Assembly: GCA_031835245.2 (NCBI GenBank) | Contig: JAVKOQ020000041.1 | Span: forward strand, 62,001 to 126,000 | Length of the DNA stretch: 64,000 bases | From: Balamuthia mandrillaris | Taxonomy: Eukaryota | Reading direction: 5' to 3' | Part shown: piece by piece, positions 57,919 through 64,000 of the stretch | Numbering within the stretch: the first letter of the stretch is position 1 | Layout of the letters: each line of letters begins with the position of its first letter | Notes under the pieces: model-generated | What the model saw: only the letters and a program-made list of their open reading frames with translations | Told to the model about the DNA's origin: nothing | The model's database searches: none | Made by a program: the position numbers and the translations under genes

Positions 57919-60051
57919 TTACCACCAAAAGTCAGAGTCACCAAAGAAGCCACCTCTTCCTCCTCGTCCTCCCACTCCGCTCATCGGGAATCCAAACAAC
58001 GGGTGTTGCATTTGCGGTGCGGCTGCTCGATCTCTTGCTCCTCCCAACCTCTTTTCTCTCTTTCTCAGCTGTATCTTTGGAATAACGACCGTCAACATTC
58101 CTCCTTCATAGTTTGCTTGAATGTTGTCTGTATCGACTCCGGAGGAAGGCAACCGGAAGGTCTCCGCGAAGCTGCCGTAACGACCGGCTCCTAAGCGAAG
58201 AAGAAGAGCCTCCTCGCTGGCACCTTCGTCAGAGTAGGTTAAGAAGGAGCTTCGTTGCTGATTTTGGTAGAGTTGGACCTGCCGCCGCATGTTTTGCTCC
58301 TCTTTCTCTGTGGGGATGCGACAGCCCTTGATGGTTATGGTGTCGTCCTCGCTGAGGGAAACGGCAATGTCTTCCTTTCTCATGCCCGGGATGTAAGCCG
58401 CCACAACGTAGCTATCACGTTGCTCGCCCACCTCGAACTTGGGACGGAGACGCATCATCGCCCACCGATCCTTTCGTCCTTTGCTGCTCAACTCTTCCAT
58501 CGCTTGTCTTTCTGCAGCTGCTTCGGCTTCCATCCCCTTCGCTTTGTCTTCTTCTCGCTTTTCGGTTCCTTTCTGTTCTTTTGGCAGTTGTGGTTCTTCT
58601 TCTGAGGAAGCTTCAGAGGAAGGAGAGGGAGAGGGAGGTTCCTTGGCTTTTAGTTCCTGAGTGAGAGCTTTCAATCGAGAGTTGAGGGCATCAACGTCTT
58701 GAAGCAGCCTTTGAATCTTGGTGACCTGTTCCTTTCGCAGCGGCCGTTCTTCGGAGCTAAGTCCAACCAGCGCATCCAGTGAAAGAAGATCCTTCATTAG
58801 CGACTCGGAGTAGCCCAAACACTGCCTTTGCAGCTGTTCCACCACTTGTCTCGTGGCTGGAATGGAAGATGAAGTAGCATCAGCGGAAGAAGGAGAGGGC
58901 TCTCCGTTGCTGCCGACCAAACGAGCGAGTTGAGCTTCTGTATCGTGGGCGAATGCAGCGATTTGATCTTCCAGCTGCTTGACATCTTGTTTGACACGTT
59001 CAATCTTGAGCATGCCTTCGTTTTCGTCTTGCTTCTTTTCTGTTTCCATCTCTGAAGCTATTTCTTCTTTGTCGCTATCGTTTTTTTCTTCTGGTGAGGT
59101 TTGGCCCTCCTCTATTTCCGCTGACGCTCCCATTGGGCTGTGTCCCTCTTTGGCAGCGGATTCACTTGTGCTGCTGGATTCTGCAATCTCTTCAGAGGTA
59201 GTCGTTTCCATTGCGTTCTTTTCTTCTTCTGCCTTCTTCTCCTCTTGATCTGTTTCTGTTTGTTCCTCCTGCTTCTTCTGTCTCTCCTCTTCGGCTTCCG
59301 CAGCAGCCGCTGCTTCCTCTTCCTCCTGCCTCTTCTTTTGCTCCAAATATTCCTTTCTTCTCTGCAGGTTCTGCTCGCATCGTTTCTTCTCCTCCGCTAT
59401 CCGCTCCTCCATGTCTTCCAACTGCTTATTCACATTCTCCACTCCCTGAACTATGCCCTGCAACACCTTCACATACGACAGCATCACTCCTCCTCTACCG
59501 CTTCCTGCTTCCTCTCCTCCTTCCTTCTCTCCCTCCTGCTCCTCCTTCCCTTCCAATCGGTCCAACTGTCCCACCAGCTCGTTCATCCTTCGGACTTGCT
59601 GCCTCAACCTCTCCTCCAGCTCCTTGCACTGCTGCCGCGTTTCCCTGTCCCTCCGCTCCAGGTAGGCCTCCACCTCTTCTATGAGCGCGTCTAGCCTTTG
59701 CTCGTCCAGGCCCTCCACATAGCCTTTGCCATCGCAAAAGGTCTCGTGCACCATGTCCCTGACGAAACCCCGCGGGTCGGCCTGGGGGTGCCTCTCCAGC
59801 GTCCACAGGTACTCCCCCGTCCTGCCGGAGAGCATGCGCAGCTTGAAGCCCGGCTGCTCCTCGTCGAGATGGCAGCGGACCCGCACCACGATCTCGGCCA
59901 CGCGGTCCAGCAGGTCCTCCACCTCGGAGAGCGGGCAGGGCGGCTTGGCCCACCCTTTGGAGAACTTGAGGTGGTTCCAGAAGCTCTCGTAGGCTTCTTT
60001 GGTCTCTCGTTTTTTTCGCTCCTGCTCCGAAGTTAATGGCTCTAACTTCAT
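57919..60051 (-). CDS. BAG domain + HSP20/alpha-crystallin domain protein
   Basis: BAG-like SESLMKDLLSLDALVG....RPLRKEQVTKIQRLLQDVD; HSP20 YVVAAYIPGMRKEDIAV...RYGSFAETFRLP..VDTDNIQANYEGGMLTVVIPK; single 710-aa ORF. Confidence 0.85.
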   Translation of the reverse strand: MKLEPLTSEQERKKRETKEAYESFWNHLKFSKGWAKPPCPLSEVEDLLDRVAEIVVRVRCHLDEEQPGFKLRMLSGRTGEYLWTLERHPQADPRGFVRDMVHETFCDGKGYVEGLDEQRLDALIEEVEAYLERRDRETRQQCKELEERLRQQVRRMNELVGQLDRLEGKEEQEGEKEGGEEAGSGRGGVMLSYVKVLQGIVQGVENVNKQLEDMEERIAEEKKRCEQNLQRRKEYLEQKKRQEEEEAAAAAEAEEERQKKQEEQTETDQEEKKAEEEKNAMETTTSEEIAESSSTSESAAKEGHSPMGASAEIEEGQTSPEEKNDSDKEEIASEMETEKKQDENEGMLKIERVKQDVKQLEDQIAAFAHDTEAQLARLVGSNGEPSPSSADATSSSIPATRQVVEQLQRQCLGYSESLMKDLLSLDALVGLSSEERPLRKEQVTKIQRLLQDVDALNSRLKALTQELKAKEPPSPSPSSEASSEEEPQLPKEQKGTEKREEDKAKGMEAEAAAERQAMEELSSKGRKDRWAMMRLRPKFEVGEQRDSYVVAAYIPGMRKEDIAVSLSEDDTITIKGCRIPTEKEEQNMRRQVQLYQNQQRSSFLTYSDEGASEEALLLRLGAGRYGSFAETFRLPSSGVDTDNIQANYEGGMLTVVIPKIQLRKREKRLGGARDRAAAPQMQHPLFGFPMSGVGGRGGRGGFFGDSDFWW

Positions 60052-60355
60052 TCTTTGTCTCTCTGTCTAGTTGTGTTCGTTTGTTTGATTTTGAGAAGAA
60101 ACTTGCGAAAAAGGCGTTTTTTATACTGTCGTTGATGTTGTTGCCAAGAAAAAGTTTGCTGTTTTTTTTGAAAAAAAGAGATAGGGAAGAAGCGAACCTA
60201 TGTTCCCCTGTTTCTTGCTTTCTGTGTTGTCGTTCTCGTCGTCCTTTCTCCGCTTTCACTTTTTTCCCCGGTTTTCTTTCCATGTTTCTTCGAAATTTAA
60301 CCCGCTTTAATTCTCCTACATTCCGAAGAAATTTCAATTAACTCCGGTGTTTGGA

Positions 60356-60378
60356 TGACGTCACATTTAATGACGTCA
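60356..60378. promoter_or_regulatory. Two perfect TGACGTCA (CRE/bZIP-type) palindromes upstream of the BAG-HSP20 gene
   Basis: TGACGTCA at 60356-60363 and 60371-60378; another copy at 19005-19012. Confidence 0.4.
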
Positions 60379-60522
60379 GCCCTACAAAAAAAAGATCGCT
60401 TCAACAACAGAGACAGGAGAGAGAAGAGGAGACCCTGCCCGTTACAAACTCGAAAACTTCTTTCATTCAATTTGTTGGCGATGGGTACTTACGAACTTCC
60501 TTCAAGGGTTTGACGCGCTGCT

Positions 60523-63500
60523 TCAGAGTTTGGCGGACTGACCGCCCATGGGTCCCTGCTTGTACAGCTCCTGCAGCACCTCCTCGTAATGGCTCTTCAG
60601 GCCGGGCCTCTTCAGCTTGAAGGTCGGCGTGATCAGCCCGCTCTCCACGGAGAACTCCTGCGGCTCCAAGTGAATGGCCTTGATCTGCTCAAAGCCAGCC
60701 AGCTTCTCCTTTTCGGCCTGTTGCAGCAGTTCGCGCATGAAGTAGTCCCGCACCTGGGTGTTCTTGCAGAGGTTCTCGGGGCGCAACTGCTCCTCATCAG
60801 TGATGAGCAGCTGTTTCTTGGCAAAGGGGATCAAGAAGTCTACAAAGTTGGGGACGATGACGGCCACCAGGTAGCTTTGCAGAGAGTCTCCGTAGACAAA
60901 GATTTGGCCTACGCCTGGCACTCTGCCGTACACTCCTTCCAATTTTTCAGCCCTGTTTTTGTTCTTGGTTAAAACTGAAGGAGATACAGAAAGAAGAGGG
61001 AGGGAGGGAGGAGAGACGTACGCGACGTATTCGCCTTGAGAAAGTTTGAAAATGTTCTTCTTTCGGTCGATGATGGAGAGAGTGCCGTCAGGGTTCCATC
61101 TGCCAATGTCGCCTGTCCTGAAGTAACCATCCGGGGTGAACACTTCCATCCTATCCCAGCCAACAGATTTTTGTTAGGCAGAGAAGAAGGCAGAAAGAAG
61201 GATAAGACGAAAAAGAACAAACGTTTTTTCGGGATTCTTGTAGTAACCAGAGAAAACATTCAAGCCACGAATGCAAATCTCTCCTCGCGGGCATGGCCGT
61301 CCTTTATCATCCACGTCCTTTACGGTATAGTTCATGTCTGGCACGGATATTAATTTTATTTCTGCACAGGAGTGTCGTTCACATTGAGAACAAGTTAACA
61401 GAGGAAAGATAACCAAGAAACGACAAAAATGAAATATAAAGAATAAGCGAGGTACCATTGCAAACAGTAGGAGTGCCAACGTGACCTCCTTCAACACAAT
61501 CAGGAGAACTGACAGTGGCAGTTGCAACTGTTTCTGAAAGGCCATATCCTTGCATCAAAGGACAGCAGAAGCAGCTTCAAAGTTTTTTTAAACAAGGCAA
61601 AGTTAACAAGAAAGAAAAAAAGAGCAGAAAATGGAAACATACATTCTCAAAAAGTCGTTGAGAGTGGGAGAAAGAGGAGCAGATCCAGAGATGATCATTC
61701 GCACGCGTCCTCCCAACCTAGCTTGGATCTTCGAGAACACCAACCGGTCCAAATTGGGTGTTGGTTCGCCTTATCATAGGGCAAGAAAAAAGAATTTAAG
61801 AAACTTGAAGTTAGTAAAAGCGAAAGAGAAGCAAGACAGAAAAAGCGAAAGTACCTTTCTTCATGGCCTCCAGTTTGGTTGTGTAGGCGTAGTTGAAGAG
61901 CTTTCTTCTGTGCCAAAAAGAGTCGTTGACGGTTTGCATGACACGATCGTAAATGCGCTGGTAGACGCGAGGCACACCTGCAAAGATAGTTGGTCTACTC
62001 GCTTGCACATCATCAATCAACTTAGTGATGTCTCCTTGATAAAAGGCAACACATGCGCCAGCGTAAACGCTCACTGTTTGAAGCAAGCGCTCATACACAT
62101 GAGCCTATATGATAAAGATAACATTAACACGGAAACCAAAAAAGAAACTGAGCGGGAGGGAGAGCGAGAGTACCAAGGGTAAGTAGCTGAGATGAACATC
62201 ATTGGTGTATACAGGAGCAGCATGAGCGCAGCCAGCCAGACCCGCAATGAAGCTTTGGTGAGAAAGCATCACGCCCTTGGGGTCTCCAGTTGTGCCGCTG
62301 GTGTAAAGGATAGTGGCCAAGTCTTCCGGCTTTGGTGGAGTGTGCGGTGCCTTTCTGAGAGCTCCCTAATGCATAGAAGAAACAAGAATAAAGCAAAAGA
62401 TAAGGAGAACAGGAAACAAACAATCAATCAAAACAAAACAGGGTGTTTCGACGTACATCTTTCAATAAGTCTTCGTACTCCAACAGTTTGGTATTAGTGT
62501 CTTTCAATATAGAACGATCCTCCTTTTGTCTGTAACTCTCTGTATCACAATATCAAAAAACAAAAGAAAACAAAAACAAAAAAGAATGGTGTGTGAACAA
62601 ACAAGCAACCAAACAGGAGTAACATCAAATCAATAGTTACCGCCTTCCTTTGCCAACAGGGACCAATCCTCCATCTGAATAACAAAACGTAGACTCGGGC
62701 ATGCTTTGGAAATTTCCAACACCTGGAATAACGATTTAAATATACAAGATACAGCAGAAAAAGACAAGGAAACGTATTGGGAGGAAAAGAAAGCACAAAC
62801 CCTTGCAGCTTTGTCACGGCTGCAAACCACAGCAACCACCTCTGCGTGATTCAGGATGAACTCCGCCGATTCGTAGCCTGATGTGTATTCATGATGATCA
62901 TTGTGGTGAGAGAGCAACAAGGGCAGAAGAGAACGACACAACAGAACAAAAGAGAGAAGAGAGAGACCTAAAGTATCATAGAGTGAAACGGTGGGCAAAG
63001 CCTGCATCTGGCAGGCCAACTCTGTGATGGCGACTTCCTCCCTATTGATCGAGTAATAGGCCACATTGTTGCCCTGATAGTTTTTGTAAACTGTTTTGTC
63101 AACCACAAAACCCAGCAAAACGCAAAGAAATGGAAAAAAAGGAAAGGAGACAACGTACAGGACGAAGACCAAGATTATACAGAGCAGAGGCCAGGGCGTC
63201 GGCTCTCCTGTGTGCCTCCTCATAGGTGATAAACTGGTAGTCCCCTCGCGACACGCCATCCCTCAGATGCTTCCTCGTGCCGTAGCAAGGGTTCTTTGGG
63301 TAGAGCCTCACCGCCCGCTGAAAGTTGTGGTAGAGGGTGAGGACCTCCCCGTCGACGCACGTGATGAGGCGGTCGGGGGAGAGGGGGCTGCGGTGGGGGT
63401 AGCCCTCCTCCTCCCCCTCCGCGTTTTGGGTGATGCCGTCGCGGAAGCGGAGTTCCCTGCCGTCCGCTGGAGGCGGAGAAGCCGAGGGATCTTCTTCGGC

Positions 63501-63605
63501 GCTGTTTACGGCAGCGGGATAGAGCAGCGAGGAGGAAGAGGGAATGAAGAATTCCTCTGGTGGTTGTTGTTGGTGATCTCTCCTCCAATGGGCTTCCATG
63601 TTCAC
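60523..63605 (-). CDS. Long-chain fatty acyl-CoA synthetase, probably peroxisomal (C-terminal AKL)
   Basis: [68 protein letters not shown]1-type -AKL. Confidence 0.92.
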
Positions 63606-64000
63606 TGTGTAGCTGTTCTTGTTGGTTTTTTCTACATCATAACATCGACATTCATCAAAGAATCAGAATCAGATTTCAGATGCCAAAGGACGACGAAATG
63701 CAATCATCAGCCGTCGAAAAAAAAATACAGGCCGATGTGAATCACATTCATGCACACACAAAAATGAATAAGAGTGGAGAAAAAAAAGCAAACCTTTCCT
63801 TCCGAAAAACGCTGTTTTGCACTGGATAAAGTTAAGTGTGTGTCACGCTGCCAAAAGCTCACCAGCAGCAACAGCACTACCCTCTTCTTCTTCTTCCTCG
63901 TTGAATTTGCGTTTTTTTGTTGTCGGCGAACAAATCCCCCACCAATCGCCTTTCAGAAATTGAGATCGATTACACGCATTTTCCAGTAAAATTTCAAAGT

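Noticed and set aside
60280..60340. Heat-shock element upstream of the BAG-HSP20 gene
   Set aside because: Only one clear GAAnnTTC pair; no correctly phased array of three nGAAn units.

Overview
Eukaryotic, intron-rich, microsatellite-rich genomic DNA with short GT-AG introns and densely packed genes. The gene style suggests a free-living amoebozoan such as Balamuthia or Acanthamoeba; this is inference only. About 20 host genes are recognisable: three sulfotransferases, a LURP/Tubby-C-like protein, an IBR/Rcat ubiquitin-ligase-like protein, an ACP6-like histidine phosphatase, an EamA transporter, a SID-1 family protein, a GCNA-like SprT protease, an AGGF1-like OCRE-FHA-G-patch protein, an F-box + small GTPase protein, a GTPase + TKL kinase, a DOMON protein, two long-chain acyl-CoA synthetases, an SDR, a GATA factor and a BAG + HSP20 fusion. 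Two foreign elements stand out. (1) A ~4 kb AT-rich, intronless, CpG-depleted, decayed fragment of a Polinton/Maverick-like or virophage-like virus at ~5430-9483, with a retroviral-type integrase, an A32-type packaging ATPase and orphan ORFs. (2) A 3.7 kb Mutator-like DNA transposon at 27786-31495 with a perfect 9-bp TSD, inserted five codons into the AGGF1-like gene. All family calls come from motif recognition by eye, not database searches, and exon boundaries are approximate.
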